A stretch of DNA of 64,000 bases from a virus (IMGVR_UViG_3300032236_001024:138142-202141), one strand, 5' to 3'. Positions 54,143 to 64,000 are shown, numbered from the stretch's first letter. Translations and numbers: made by a program. Notes: generated from the sequence alone by a model not told the origin.

Positions 54143-55590
54143 ACACTCGCATTATAAATTTTGTAATCAAAACTTTCACTATTGTATATATTTAGACGCT
54201 CCATAAAATGAAGTAATGTAAAATTCATTTTGGTCTTGTGCTTCAAGTCATCTGCAATATCATATACTACTACAGATGACTTTTCAGTTCCTATTCTTAA
54301 TCCTCTACCAATTGATTGTAATGTTCTCACACGAGATTTAGTCGGAGAGCTAAACACAACATTATGAAGATTGCGTATGTTAACGCCTGTTGAAAATGTG
54401 CCATAACTGGCAACAATAATAGCATTGGATTCTCGTTCGACAATGTGTCTAATTGCTTCTCTTTCGCCTCCATCAACACCTCCGTGTATAAAAAAGATTG
54501 GTCGATCAGGGTCTTTATCCTTGATCATATCAAATAGCATCTTACCATGCTTTTCAACAAATTGAAAGAGGATAAGTGAGTTTCCTTCCAAAGAAAGTAC
54601 AAGATTGCGAAGAAATTTGTTACGCCCATCATGTCTTACAAGAAAATCTACTTCATCTTGATAAGTCATAGCTCTTACAAGTTTTCTCTCTTCTTCTTTG
54701 TATCCAAGAACAATTGCTTTGATCTTAAGATCAGCAACATGATTCTGTTCCATCAATTCAGCAGTTGTCGTCACTTTATATACAGGACCAAACAATCCTT
54801 CAAGAACCATCTTGTTTGTTTGTGAACCATCTAGTGTACCAGTAAAACCAAATCTATATCTACAATTGCCAGTTCTTTCCATAATTGTAGTAAGAGACTT
54901 GGCTTTGAATAAATGTGCTTCGTCACCTATGACCACATCAAACTGTTCGAAATAGCTTTTAGGCAATTTGTATATCGATTGCCACGTTGAGATTGTAATT
55001 GGTTTATCTGTTTGTTTATCTTGTCCTGAGTATATTCTATGGACGAAGTTATCAGATACAAAACCATAGTCAGCAAAATCAGAGGAAAGTTGACTAACCA
55101 GAGAAGTAGTTGGAACAATAATAAGAGTCCGTGCATCGTAGTACCTCGTCAATAGATAAATGATTAATGATTTGCCAGAAGCAGTTGGCGATAAAAAAAC
55201 GCCTCTGTCATACTTTATTGCATGACGAAAGGCGTCGATCTGATAGTCACGGGGTGTTAGAGTCAACCCACAATCACTGAAAAATTCTTTTATATTATCA
55301 TTAGAAAGAACAGTAAGATTTGGTTTGCAATTGTCATCATACTCAACATCATAATCTCTAGAAGATGCAAATGATGATACTTCTTTTATTAAACCAAAAT
55401 ACAACAACGCAGTCATTGTATTATACAACCTTATGCGACCGTCCCAAAATTTATTACGAACAGCAGGAATAAACTTAGCGCCGGGAACTGTAAATGTAAA
55501 ATGGTCACAAAGTTCCTGTGCAACAGATGGATCACATGTTACTCTAGCATATACTTCATTTACTTTCGTGACATATAACTTGTCACGCAC
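54139..55590 (-). CDS. uvsW: UvsW helicase
   Basis: SPTASGKS, GDEAH, GFTGT, YGTFSTGVNI, QSIGRGLR. Confidence 0.96.
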   Translation of the reverse strand: MRDKLYVTKVNEVYARVTCDPSVAQELCDHFTFTVPGAKFIPAVRNKFWDGRIRLYNTMTALLYFGLIKEVSSFASSRDYDVEYDDNCKPNLTVLSNDNIKEFFSDCGLTLTPRDYQIDAFRHAIKYDRGVFLSPTASGKSLIIYLLTRYYDARTLIIVPTTSLVSQLSSDFADYGFVSDNFVHRIYSGQDKQTDKPITISTWQSIYKLPKSYFEQFDVVIGDEAHLFKAKSLTTIMERTGNCRYRFGFTGTLDGSQTNKMVLEGLFGPVYKVTTTAELMEQNHVADLKIKAIVLGYKEEERKLVRAMTYQDEVDFLVRHDGRNKFLRNLVLSLEGNSLILFQFVEKHGKMLFDMIKDKDPDRPIFFIHGGVDGGEREAIRHIVERESNAIIVASYGTFSTGVNIRNLHNVVFSSPTKSRVRTLQSIGRGLRIGTEKSSVVVYDIADDLKHKTKMNFTLLHFMERLNIYNSESFDYKIYNASV

Positions 55591-56017
55591 CTACTTTAAA
55601 TTTTTCAAATTCAATCGCATTCTTAATTTGAAATCCTCTATCTTTAATTGATTTAATAATTGATTCTAATACATCTACTTTTTCTTGTTGAACAGCAATC
55701 TTCAAATTCAACTTGATAACATCTTGGTCTGCTTCTATATGCATAGGAACATCTGACTTCAACACATTCAATTGAAATGGTTGCCAACCAAGTTCCTTCA
55801 AATCTTCTGGAGGCATTATACCACGATAATAATCATACTTCAACTTAATAAATTCTTTTCGTTCTTGCTCTAACTTTTTCAAAAGCATATTCTCATCAGA
55901 AAAAATGCGAAGATATTTACTATGCATTTTTGGAAGCTTTAGACTTTCATTACCAAGTTCAGTACGATCAATATCACAATCTTCACCCCACATATCGTGG
56001 ATTTCATCAAGCTTCAT
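55583..56017 (-). CDS. uvsY: recombination mediator UvsY
   Basis: W.EDCDID...L..ES..LP..HSKY, RGFQIKNAIE; synteny. Confidence 0.88.
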   Translation of the reverse strand: MKLDEIHDMWGEDCDIDRTELGNESLKLPKMHSKYLRIFSDENMLLKKLEQERKEFIKLKYDYYRGIMPPEDLKELGWQPFQLNVLKSDVPMHIEADQDVIKLNLKIAVQQEKVDVLESIIKSIKDRGFQIKNAIEFEKFKVGA

Positions 56018-56026
56018 AATAAATCC

Positions 56027-56548
56027 TTATAGTTTTTTTATCCTGAATATCTTATATTTGAACGTGACTGTATTAGTAACATAGTTCACATCCGAATCAG
56101 TTGATGTGAAGTTTATATCACTTAATGATGTTGGAAACAAGTCCTGAAATGAAACTTCTATGTTTGGAACCATACCACTGTTCATAATGGTCAATGTTCC
56201 ATCAGAATAAATGCCTTCTTGTTGTCCCGGTTTTGAATCTTGAAGACGTTTATATTGTGCATAATCTTCTGGGAAACCAAGAGCTGTCATCCAATTATAT
56301 ATTTCAAAATAATTTTGAAAATCTTCATCAACTCTAAAAGTAACATTAAGGTCGCCAAAATCTAGGCGATCACCAGCAAATTCTAGAACCTTAAATGGTG
56401 ATGGAACTTGAATATAACCAAGAGACATTGAGGGAAGATTAATATCAGTCACAAAAAAATTCAAGTTCGGGGCTCTTGCAAGCGTGAACTTGAATCCTAG
56501 TGGTGAAAGAAAATTAATATTGTCAGGTTGATTTGTTAAAAGAGCCAT
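56027..56548 (-). CDS. 3: tail completion/terminator protein (gp3-like)
   Basis: NFLSPLGFKF, F.VDED..NY.EIYNW, FPTSLS; CATAAATA upstream. Confidence 0.82.
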   Translation of the reverse strand: MALLTNQPDNINFLSPLGFKFTLARAPNLNFFVTDINLPSMSLGYIQVPSPFKVLEFAGDRLDFGDLNVTFRVDEDFQNYFEIYNWMTALGFPEDYAQYKRLQDSKPGQQEGIYSDGTLTIMNSGMVPNIEVSFQDLFPTSLSDINFTSTDSDVNYVTNTVTFKYKIFRIKKL

Positions 56549-56572
56549 AGCATAAATCCTTGTTTATCCTAT

Positions 56573-57013
56573 TTATGCTACTTCAACAATCTCCAGATGA
56601 TCCTTCACGATTTTGAAATTGACACAGTTTTCCAGTGGCGCATCAGTTCTAAAATACTCTCGTCCACCATCAACAAATGTATCTTTCTTTGAACGATAGT
56701 CCCAACGATAACGTGAATAAATAATTTCATCATCTACAACTGCACCTGTATACACAGGAACAGAAGCAGTGAATCCATTTGAAATCATCAATCCACCACG
56801 ATGAGGATGAATGTACATAGCAAAGTAATTAGAACCATAAGGATGTGCTTCCTCTGTATAGAAAATAGCGGCTGGGAAATTACACCATTCCCCAGAACTA
56901 CCTTTGATACAAGACTCAAGAACATACTTTGCCTTATACTTCTTTTCAATAGTCTCAATCATTTCTGGTGTAAGAAATGAACTTTCAGTATTAAACTTCA
57001 TTTTCTTCCTCAA
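56573..57013 (-). CDS. hypothetical phage protein
   Basis: 146-aa ORF, YSRYRWDY...VDGGREY. Confidence 0.6.
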   Translation of the reverse strand: MRKKMKFNTESSFLTPEMIETIEKKYKAKYVLESCIKGSSGEWCNFPAAIFYTEEAHPYGSNYFAMYIHPHRGGLMISNGFTASVPVYTGAVVDDEIIYSRYRWDYRSKKDTFVDGGREYFRTDAPLENCVNFKIVKDHLEIVEVA

Positions 57014-57371
57014 TTTCTAGTGGACCATCGAACCACACTTCTGTGTCATCACATTCCCAGCCCAATTCTTCAAGACCTTCATCATAATTTTCATCATAGG
57101 CTTCTTGAATGAGTTCCTGTTCCTCTTCATCCATATCATCAGGAAATTCCCAATCAGCCCAACAACCATCATCAAATGAATGATCAATCACATCACCAAC
57201 TGAATAGATTTCAATTGATTCATCATCTTCCTTGACAGCTGGCTTTTCAGCATATCGAGCATAGCCCCAACGCCAACCAGTGCTATAATAAATGGTCTGT
57301 CCATCCTTAGTCCAAGACTGTTTCTCAGTGATAGACTTTTTGTATTTTGTACTAACTTTCCAAGTTGTCAT
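56991..57371 (-). CDS. acidic hypothetical phage protein
   Basis: 126-aa ORF, GWRWG. Confidence 0.6.
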   Translation of the reverse strand: MTTWKVSTKYKKSITEKQSWTKDGQTIYYSTGWRWGYARYAEKPAVKEDDESIEIYSVGDVIDHSFDDGCWADWEFPDDMDEEEQELIQEAYDENYDEGLEELGWECDDTEVWFDGPLEIEEENEV

Positions 57372-57372
57372 T

Positions 57373-57930
57373 TCAAGTTTCTCCCAGTTTTTTATTCATT
57401 TCAAGTTTGAAAAAAATTGCATCTTCGATTTCTTTAAATCTTTTACGTATTCTCTTTTTTGTTATACTACAAATACCATCTGCGACCCACATATTTGTTT
57501 TATCTTTATAAACACCAGATACACCAGTTGTATTTCTTTTAGAAATTGATTTATTTCTATTATTATCTGCTATTGAACCAGACCTTAAATTTTCAGGTCT
57601 ATTATCATCTTGTACTCTATTAATATGGTCGATTATATCTGGTTCTGTGCCATAATACATTTTAAAAATTATGCGATGCTCTTTCCATTTAATATTATTA
57701 AGAATTATACGACGATAGTTTTGTCGATTATCTTCTCTTGATCCAGCAATTTTACCAGAATGTTTTTTATTAAAATTGCTGTAAACTCCAACATTATAAT
57801 GAAAATGATGTATAGGTCTTTCTTTCCAATACAACACACCATTCACTTCGTCAAGAATAAAACATTCGTTTAAGTATTTAACTGTTGGTAATTTCTTGGG
57901 CAAGTTCATATCAAAAAGTCCTCCATTCAT
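57373..57930 (-). mobile_element. HNH-AP2 type homing endonuclease gene
   Basis: HRII, IDHINRVQDDNRPENLR, NTTGVSGV. Confidence 0.85.
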
Positions 57931-58228
57931 ATTCTGAGTTGCGAGTCTTGAACTTCATATAGTCCTCACGCTCTTCAAGAATCTCCAACACAGGACTAGT
58001 CTGCCACCAGTCTTGCGAATCATAGGTGCGACCATAGTATGAACCAACACGAACGCCACACCCCAAACGGGGGCGTGTTTCACTTTCGATAGGATTATAG
58101 TTTTCTTCATCTAAGATTTCGCATAATGGTCCAGAGTCACCTCTACCATCACTCAATCGAACCAATGAATACCTCATACCAATCTCCCTACTGTTAGCTA
58201 GTAGCTTCTTTGATTTATATCCTGCCAT
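57911..58228 (-). CDS. hypothetical early protein
   Basis: DWWQTSPV motif; true start probably internal. Confidence 0.55.
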   Translation of the reverse strand: MAGYKSKKLLANSREIGMRYSLVRLSDGRGDSGPLCEILDEENYNPIESETRPRLGCGVRVGSYYGRTYDSQDWWQTSPVLEILEEREDYMKFKTRNSEYEWRTF

Positions 58229-58229
58229 A

Positions 58230-58748
58230 TCACCACTCTGGTCCTACAGTCTTTTCTGTGCGCTCATAGATATAGCTAAAGTCTACGCCATATGCAGGAA
58301 CGACAAGAAGCTTCTGAGGCATATTGTTGAAATCTCGCTCACCAAGAACCCCACTGATGAATAGTGTATCAGGGAACTTCTCTGGTGTCAAGCGACGAAG
58401 AATGTTAGCTTGCATGTCACACTTGGCTCTGAGACGCTGAATCTCAGCTTCAAGTTCATCAACCTTTGCCTCTGCCTCATTACGTTGCTTCATCGCAAAC
58501 TCAGCGACACCATTAGCATAGTGTGCTTCTTCCTTATAATGTTCTACATCTTCTTCCTTATTGGCAATTGTCTGCTTCAATTCCATGATGCCACCAGCAC
58601 CAGATTCCAGTTGCTTAATTCTGTTCTTAGCAACTAGCCAACGATCATAATACATATCTGCTTCATCATCAGTCATTATTACCTCCCAGCCATCATGATC
58701 ATCTGCAAGTAACAGACTTTGCGCTTGAATGAACGCTCCTGATTCCAT
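58230..58748 (-). CDS. hypothetical coiled-coil protein
   Basis: 172-aa ORF; start uncertain. Confidence 0.5.
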   Translation of the reverse strand: MESGAFIQAQSLLLADDHDGWEVIMTDDEADMYYDRWLVAKNRIKQLESGAGGIMELKQTIANKEEDVEHYKEEAHYANGVAEFAMKQRNEAEAKVDELEAEIQRLRAKCDMQANILRRLTPEKFPDTLFISGVLGERDFNNMPQKLLVVPAYGVDFSYIYERTEKTVGPEW

Positions 58749-59059
58749 TCATAAATGATAATCTTAGGACGTTCAAGATTGGTTTTTTCAAATTTGATTT
58801 CCAACTCAGGAGGAAGAAGAATGCCCAAGTGACGAAGTGTCCTATGAGCATTTATCTCCAGTCCAGAGAGAAGCTTTTTGTCATACCAGCATCGTGCTAG
58901 AACAGCACCAAGATAGTCCATAACTCTTTCTTTGATATCATCTGCATCAATCACAGTCTCAATTGGTGGCTCACGATCAAAATCATCATGATGATATGTA
59001 GGCGAAACACCATTATTGATCATGTCACGGCTATATACAAGTGCAGGAAGCATATTCAT
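58679..59059 (-). CDS. hypothetical phage protein
   Basis: 126-aa ORF. Confidence 0.55.
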   Translation of the reverse strand: MNMLPALVYSRDMINNGVSPTYHHDDFDREPPIETVIDADDIKERVMDYLGAVLARCWYDKKLLSGLEINAHRTLRHLGILLPPELEIKFEKTNLERPKIIIYEWNQERSFKRKVCYLQMIMMAGR

Positions 59060-59409
59060 TAAAGCCTCACTTCTCCGAAAAAGTTTTCATACTCTTCATC
59101 TGTCATGAGATTAGGACAAAATGCCCAAAGATCACCGTCTTGCCAAAGATGCCATTGATTACCTTCTGTATCAAGTAGGAAAGCAGAACCCATAACATCA
59201 CTCCATGCATCCCAATACTCAGGATGATGTGGTCCTTCTTTCAAAATTGTCAAATCTTGTTCACTGATATATGACCAAGGCTTGGCAAAATTCTCAGCAA
59301 AAGCTTGAGGAATGAAAATTCCATGACCATCATTAATGAGAAGGCAGAGACCATCAGACATTAGAATTCTCCTTGTAGTGCAAGATACCAACACCAATCG
59401 CCATTCCAA
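59059..59409 (-). CDS. hypothetical phage protein
   Basis: GIFIPQ.F...GP.HP.YWDAW; true start probably MSDGL. Confidence 0.55.
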   Translation of the reverse strand: MEWRLVLVSCTTRRILMSDGLCLLINDGHGIFIPQAFAENFAKPWSYISEQDLTILKEGPHHPEYWDAWSDVMGSAFLLDTEGNQWHLWQDGDLWAFCPNLMTDEEYENFFGEVRL

Positions 59410-59463
59410 TAGTCAGCACGATGAGCGGTCCAAAGATAATGAGACAATCAGTTGTAGACATGC

Positions 59464-59904
59464 TCAGACTCTTATATCAAGTTTATTGAGTGACTTGTCA
59501 TGCACATTCCACATCTTCTTTGTACCAGAATTGCCGTGAGTGTTAACAAAATCTTTGACTCGACCTTCAAAAACAATGTTCATACCATTATTATCTACAG
59601 AATATGCATAGATACACAACTGATCATTTTTAGTCGAAGGAAAAATTTCATAATAATAGTCAATATCGAAATGAGCATCACTACCAGTTGTCATGTAAAC
59701 ATCGCCACCCTTTTTCTTGTTCGCAGCAACGAAAGCTGCGGCAAAATCACAAGATTCATAGCGAGGCAATTCCCATGCAAAAGGAATAGCTTTGGTCAGA
59801 AATTCTGCCGCACCTTCAGGATATCCATCCGAATGCTTGTAGACAGAATATGCATCATTAGAGACATTCTGATGAAAGAATGTGAAAACTGCACGAGTAC
59901 CCAT
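59464..59904 (-). CDS. hypothetical phage protein
   Basis: MGTRA...YKHSDGYP. Confidence 0.65.
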   Translation of the reverse strand: MGTRAVFTFFHQNVSNDAYSVYKHSDGYPEGAAEFLTKAIPFAWELPRYESCDFAAAFVAANKKKGGDVYMTTGSDAHFDIDYYYEIFPSTKNDQLCIYAYSVDNNGMNIVFEGRVKDFVNTHGNSGTKKMWNVHDKSLNKLDIRV

Positions 59905-59921
59905 TGTAATTATCCTTTCGA

Positions 59922-60212
59922 TTAGAGGTAGCAGATACGAGTGTCGTCGGTGAGGAAAAACAAATCTTCAGTAGAAGGTTTGTCTGTGATTTCATAAGCA
60001 CTGTTATTGATGCCGGGAGGATGACCAAACGGAACTTCATTCTCACCAAGATAACGATAACCTTTGTAGTTGCCAGTCTGCATGAGAACATCTTCAAGAA
60101 CGATCATCATGGACTTGCGACCTTCTGGACTGATTACAGAACCAGCCAACATCCTGTTGATGGAAGTCTTGAATTCCTGAACATCAAAAGTTTTGCGCTT
60201 TGCCATAACCAT
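59922..60212 (-). CDS. hypothetical early protein
   Basis: Follows leader copy 4; GNYKGYRYL. Confidence 0.6.
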   Translation of the reverse strand: MVMAKRKTFDVQEFKTSINRMLAGSVISPEGRKSMMIVLEDVLMQTGNYKGYRYLGENEVPFGHPPGINNSAYEITDKPSTEDLFFLTDDTRICYL

Positions 60213-60228
60213 CTCCGTTGTTGATGAT
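60212..60228 (-). repeat. conserved early leader, copy 4
   Basis: ATCATCAACAACGGAGA downstream of TTGACG...TAATAT. Confidence 0.7.
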
Positions 60229-60278
60229 TCATATTAGCATAAAAAAAGGGGGCGTCAACCCCCTTTTTGAATTATTTT

Positions 60279-60542
60279 TTAGCCAGTCTGACGCTGCATA
60301 GCGAGATACTGATAGCCAGCAGCGATAACATGACGCATAGGCTTGCCAAGTTCATACTTGAGAGTTGTTCCCTTAGTGGTCTTGTGCTCACGAAGGAAGA
60401 TAGGGAACCCCTTCATGCGAAGATCAGAAACAGTGGCACGAGGATTGGCAACGCCAAAACGAGCCTTGATCTGACGCTTGGTAAGCTGCTCACCAGACTT
60501 GAGAGCAATGAGGACACGATCCATCTTGGTAATGTTAGTCAT
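60279..60542 (-). CDS. helix-turn-helix protein
   Basis: LKSGEQLT..QIKARFGVANPRATVSDLR..G. Confidence 0.7.
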   Translation of the reverse strand: MTNITKMDRVLIALKSGEQLTKRQIKARFGVANPRATVSDLRMKGFPIFLREHKTTKGTTLKYELGKPMRHVIAAGYQYLAMQRQTG

Positions 60543-60597
60543 AATGTAACCTTTCTTTCACAGTTGATACTGCACACCTCTTGTGTGCATGTTGGGT

Positions 60598-60677
60598 ATA
60601 ATAAGCGAGCCAAAAACGAATGTCAACACCTATTTTGAACTTTTTTTCGTTGACATGCATTTTCTTTTCTGTATAAT
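60598..60677. promoter_or_regulatory. divergent sigma70-like promoters
   Basis: Minus: TTGACA-N17-TATTAT (60598-60626); plus: TTGACA-N16-TATAAT (60650-60677). Confidence 0.7.
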
Positions 60678-60709
60678 ACGGATTGTGATAATGAAATTGG
60701 AGATTAGAG

Positions 60710-61048
60710 ATGGAAATCAGGACCAAGTACGACATTGGGCATACCTTTTGGGTTCCTCGTTGTCATATTGAATATGAGACAGAAACTTTGGTATTCGAAG
60801 ATAATGAATGGACTCGTGATGTTCAAAAGTATGTTGGATATGCCAAACAGAAGTTTGTTAAAAAAATTGTTGCAACCACATCTTCTAATGATAGAGTTCA
60901 CATTCAATATTACGTTTTGAATATCGGTGAGGAAAATGCAATGTCTCAGGTATATAGCGAAGCTGATATCACCAATAGGACTGAAGAAGAGGCTTATGCT
61001 CTTGCCATGGAATATCAAGCAAAAGAAGAAGAGTATTTCGGAAATTAG
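60710..61048 (+). CDS. hypothetical protein
   Basis: MEIRTKYDIG, GGAG-like RBS. Confidence 0.6.
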   Translation: MEIRTKYDIGHTFWVPRCHIEYETETLVFEDNEWTRDVQKYVGYAKQKFVKKIVATTSSNDRVHIQYYVLNIGEENAMSQVYSEADITNRTEEEAYALAMEYQAKEEEYFGN

Positions 61049-61104
61049 TGCTTGACACCACATATGGGTATGGTATGGTCTTCATATGAACAACGGAGGT
61101 TCAC

Positions 61105-61350
61105 ATGCAAATCGAGATCGACTTTCACAGTGCTGTTATCAACCGCATGGTTGTTGGTTCTGACTTCAAGTTGAATCAGTTCATCACATGGAACGGTGAC
61201 AATCTGTTTTGTGTATACGAGTTTGTACGCAATCAGATTGTGGTTCAGGTTGATCGTTTCACTCTTGATCGTGGTTGTCATCAGTATGATGCTATCGATC
61301 ATGCCAAACAATATTTCGTTGACACACATAACTTCAGGGTGTACGCATGA
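61105..61350 (+). CDS. small hypothetical protein
   Basis: GGAGG RBS, TTGACA upstream. Confidence 0.6.
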   Translation: MQIEIDFHSAVINRMVVGSDFKLNQFITWNGDNLFCVYEFVRNQIVVQVDRFTLDRGCHQYDAIDHAKQYFVDTHNFRVYA

Positions 61351-61556
61351 GCAAGATCACACACAAGGTTATATATACATCATTGTCTTATTCGTACAAT
61401 GATCATCAGGACTTTAACAACAATGAACGCTTCTTTCATTCGGAAGATAGTGCAAAGAAGTTCATTGAAAATGTTCTTCAATTTGCTGAACAAAAATCAG
61501 CAAAGATATACGAAGTATCAAAACATGAAGCTGAAATGGCTGCGAGGTGGGACTAA
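61347..61556 (+). CDS. small hypothetical protein
   Basis: ATGA overlap with the previous ORF. Confidence 0.55.
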   Translation: MSKITHKVIYTSLSYSYNDHQDFNNNERFFHSEDSAKKFIENVLQFAEQKSAKIYEVSKHEAEMAARWD

Positions 61557-61975
61557 TGACTAAAAAACTTGTAATGGTAGAAGCACTTTCTCAATATCGC
61601 ATGAGGTATGTCTTCGAAGTAGAAGACGATATCGATCATGCTTTGGATGAGTTTGTGATGATCGATGGTACAGAAGACTTGAAGGAATTCAGTCAACATC
61701 ATCTTGGACCATCTGTTATCCTTTCTCATCGTGAGATAACTAAGGATGAGTATCTGAATATCTTCAACGAAGATAACGATTATTTGAAGTCATGGGATGA
61801 TGAAAAGAAAATGACTTTCATCAATATCCTTGATTATACAAAGGAACCACCTCTTGCATCATATTATGGTGAAGAAGCTAGGGATGTTCTTTGGGATATT
61901 TCAAAAGATGTTTATGGTTCAATAACTAAAGAACAAATTGATAAAATTATCAAAGATATAAATGTAGAAAAATAA
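61547..61975 (+). CDS. hypothetical phage protein
   Basis: LSQYRMRYV.EV...EFSQ.HLG. Confidence 0.65.
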   Translation: MGLMTKKLVMVEALSQYRMRYVFEVEDDIDHALDEFVMIDGTEDLKEFSQHHLGPSVILSHREITKDEYLNIFNEDNDYLKSWDDEKKMTFINILDYTKEPPLASYYGEEARDVLWDISKDVYGSITKEQIDKIIKDINVEK

Positions 61976-62059
61976 AAAAGGGGAGCATTTCTGCTCCCCC
62001 TAGTTTGCGGCTTGAAACCGTCTTGTATTGCCCCACCTTTGAACCAGTGGGGTTTACTA

Positions 62060-63415
62060 TTACATGATGTTTGTAATAAGTGTTCTGCGATAGTATGCGT
62101 TAGTGTTCTGAACGATAGTTCCATCAGAAAGATCAGGTGTACCAACAACTGACTTAGCAAATGGGTTTGCAACCATTCCGTAACGAGTCTTGAATCCGAT
62201 CTTTGGCTGGAATGTATCCTGACCAACTGCACGAACCATCTGGAGAGGAACGTATGGGCAATAGAAGATACCAGCGTCGAATGCATTGGCTCCCTTATAA
62301 CCAACTGTCATATAGTTGCCAGTTGTATATGGGTCAATGTAAACACGGAAACGACCATTGAGAACACCAGCGAAAGTGTTACCAGTGTCATCTACCTGAA
62401 GGTTGTTGCTGTTAAGAGCAGGGGTGTAGTCAAGAACACCAGCCATCTGAAGAGCAGAAGCAACGTCTGAAGAACAGATGATGATGTTACCCTTACCACG
62501 ACGAGTATCCTTGGCAATCTGGTTAGCTTCACGTTCAGTCTGGAACATAAGACCCTTAAACTTTTCAACTGACCAACGACCATTTGAGTCGGTGTCAAGA
62601 TCGAAAGTGCCAGGAGTTGTAGTGCCAACCTGTGCACCAGCAACAGCTGAAAGGTTAATAGTACGAACTACTTCACGATTGATTTCAGCAAGAATTTCAG
62701 ACTGAAGAATGTTAGCAAGTTCAGTCTCAGCATCAAGACCATGAACAGCCTTGAGGTCTTGTGAAAGTTCCATAGTGTATTCTGCCTTGAGAGCACGACT
62801 CTTTGCAGTGACAGAAACCTTGTCAATGCTGAAAGCCATTTCTGGGAATGTATCAGCAGTACCACCAAGACCTTCAGCAGTAGCAGTGTTCATACCAGAC
62901 TTAAAGTTATATGAAGAAGATGAACCAGTTGGTGAAGTTCCAACCTGACCAGCACCGATAGAACCAGTATAAGCATTGTTGAATCTATCAGTTGACTTTT
63001 CAGTGTTTACTTCGTCATAGAATGTTTCAGTTCCCTTAGCAGTGCTATTAGCATACTGTGAACGCATTGCGAAGATAAGTCCAGTAGGACCAGTCATTGG
63101 CTGAACGCCGCAGATATCATATGCAATGAGGTTAGGAACAGAACGACGAATAAGTGAGATAAGAATTGGGTCGTAACCAGCAACGCCAGTACCACCAGCA
63201 CCACCAAAACCACCAGTACCAGCAGCATTGATTGGAGTTTCACTCAATAGAAGTGACTGTGGGTTGAAAGAAGCTTGTTCCTTGATTGCCTTTTCTGTGT
63301 TCTCAAGAAGCTGTGCAGTCGTATTACGACGATGCAAATCAGTGATCTTGGGAAGATCAGGATGTTCAAGAAGAGGCTTCCACTTTGCAATTAAATTTTC
63401 ATTTAGAATGTTCAT
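62060..63415 (-). CDS. 23: major capsid protein (gp23)
   Basis: GVQPMTGPTGLIFAMR, EMAFSIDK..VTAKSRALKAEY, EINRE, FYCPYVPLQ, FQPKIGFKTRYG. Confidence 0.98.
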   Translation of the reverse strand: MNILNENLIAKWKPLLEHPDLPKITDLHRRNTTAQLLENTEKAIKEQASFNPQSLLLSETPINAAGTGGFGGAGGTGVAGYDPILISLIRRSVPNLIAYDICGVQPMTGPTGLIFAMRSQYANSTAKGTETFYDEVNTEKSTDRFNNAYTGSIGAGQVGTSPTGSSSSYNFKSGMNTATAEGLGGTADTFPEMAFSIDKVSVTAKSRALKAEYTMELSQDLKAVHGLDAETELANILQSEILAEINREVVRTINLSAVAGAQVGTTTPGTFDLDTDSNGRWSVEKFKGLMFQTEREANQIAKDTRRGKGNIIICSSDVASALQMAGVLDYTPALNSNNLQVDDTGNTFAGVLNGRFRVYIDPYTTGNYMTVGYKGANAFDAGIFYCPYVPLQMVRAVGQDTFQPKIGFKTRYGMVANPFAKSVVGTPDLSDGTIVQNTNAYYRRTLITNIM

Positions 63416-63450
63416 TTATTTTCTCCTTTAGGAAATGTTATTTGTAATAT

Positions 63451-63458
63451 TATTTATA
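63451..63458 (-). promoter_or_regulatory. late promoter of gp23, TATAAATA
   Basis: Exact match ~36 nt upstream of the start. Confidence 0.8.
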
Positions 63459-63463
63459 AATTT

Positions 63464-64000
63464 TTACTTTTTAATTGTCTTAGAAAGCGAAGAAACATAC
63501 AAGTCCATAGCTGGGTCTAGCGAAGAAGTTGCCTTAACTTCTGGCTCTTCAACACTTTCACTCAGAAGCTGGTCTTCAACAACCTTTACTTCAGTCTTAG
63601 TTGTGAAATATGTTTCCTTGATAATATTTGCCTTCTTACGAAATTCATCTGCATCAGAATAGTCAACAGCTTCTACAAGCTTAACAAACTTATCTTTCTG
63701 AGTTGAAGTCATTCCTTCTGAAAGATTAGAAGAAATTTCTCTCACTTCCTTTTCATTTACAATCTTAGAAAGTTCGATGTTATCAGCTGTTGTTTCGTTA
63801 ACAAGAGCTTCAAGTTCCTCAATGCGTTCAGCCATTGATTCAACAATGTCAGCCTTGTCATCAGGGATTTCTACGTAATGCTCTTCAAATAGACCCTTCA
63901 ATCCAGTAAGGAATGATTCAGTTACTTGAGCACGGATGTTGTTTTCTACTGCAAGCTTATTCTCAGAAATCCACTCTGCTACTGCATAGTTTAGATATGA
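63464..64000 (-). CDS. 22: prohead core scaffold (gp22), partial
   Basis: YLNYAVAEWISEN, GLKGLFEEHY.EIPDDK, KETYF; frame open to the window edge. Confidence 0.92.
   Translation of the reverse strand, partial: SYLNYAVAEWISENKLAVENNIRAQVTESFLTGLKGLFEEHYVEIPDDKADIVESMAERIEELEALVNETTADNIELSKIVNEKEVREISSNLSEGMTSTQKDKFVKLVEAVDYSDADEFRKKANIIKETYFTTKTEVKVVEDQLLSESVEEPEVKATSSLDPAMDLYVSSLSKTIKK

Noticed and set aside
1-64000. CRISPR array or mini-array
   Set aside because: No run of equal-length direct repeats with unique spacers. The three TROVE-upstream units vary from 59 to 118 nt and conserve structure rather than a repeat sequence.
1-64000. Stop-codon recoding (alternative genetic code)
   Set aside because: No suppressor tRNA; core genes are intact in the standard code, and TAG, TGA and TAA all occur as genuine stops.
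1-64000. Prophage or integrative element boundaries
   Set aside because: No integrase, att duplication or host housekeeping flank; phage-type organisation spans the whole window.

Overview
A 64 kb fragment of a large lytic T4-like myophage genome, mostly transcribed from the minus strand. The right third holds the T4 core: gp22 (partial), gp23, gp3, UvsY, UvsW, gp55, gp47/46, gp45/44/62, RegA, gp43, UvsX and gp41, interleaved with blocks of small early genes under sigma70-like promoters. The left two thirds is accessory DNA: 19 of the window's 20 tRNA genes interspersed with about a dozen glycosyltransferase, sugar-nucleotide and methyltransferase genes, two outer-membrane beta-barrels, secreted hydrolases and metabolic genes (SpeD, DadA-like, GalE, peroxiredoxin). 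GapR/DUF2312-like and DUF1127-like genes suggest an alphaproteobacterial host (inference). Most notable: (1) a Ro60/TROVE-like (DUF2828-type) gene directly preceded by three tandem Y-RNA-like stems, one carrying a tRNA-Lys(UUU)-like cloverleaf; (2) a second non-coding block (32275-32580) with a tRNA-like cloverleaf on a ~29-bp stem and a 187-nt structured RNA; (3) late-promoter proteins with T4 capsid-targeting-like N-termini (two non-canonical ADP-ribosyltransferases, an atypical kinase fusion, a Gp88-like Cys protein); (4) DNA polymerase gp43 split into two ORFs by an HNH gene; (5) unusual tRNAs (Thr-AGU, short-arm Leu-UAG, truncated Ala). All family assignments are by-eye motif recognition; no searches or folding programs were run.
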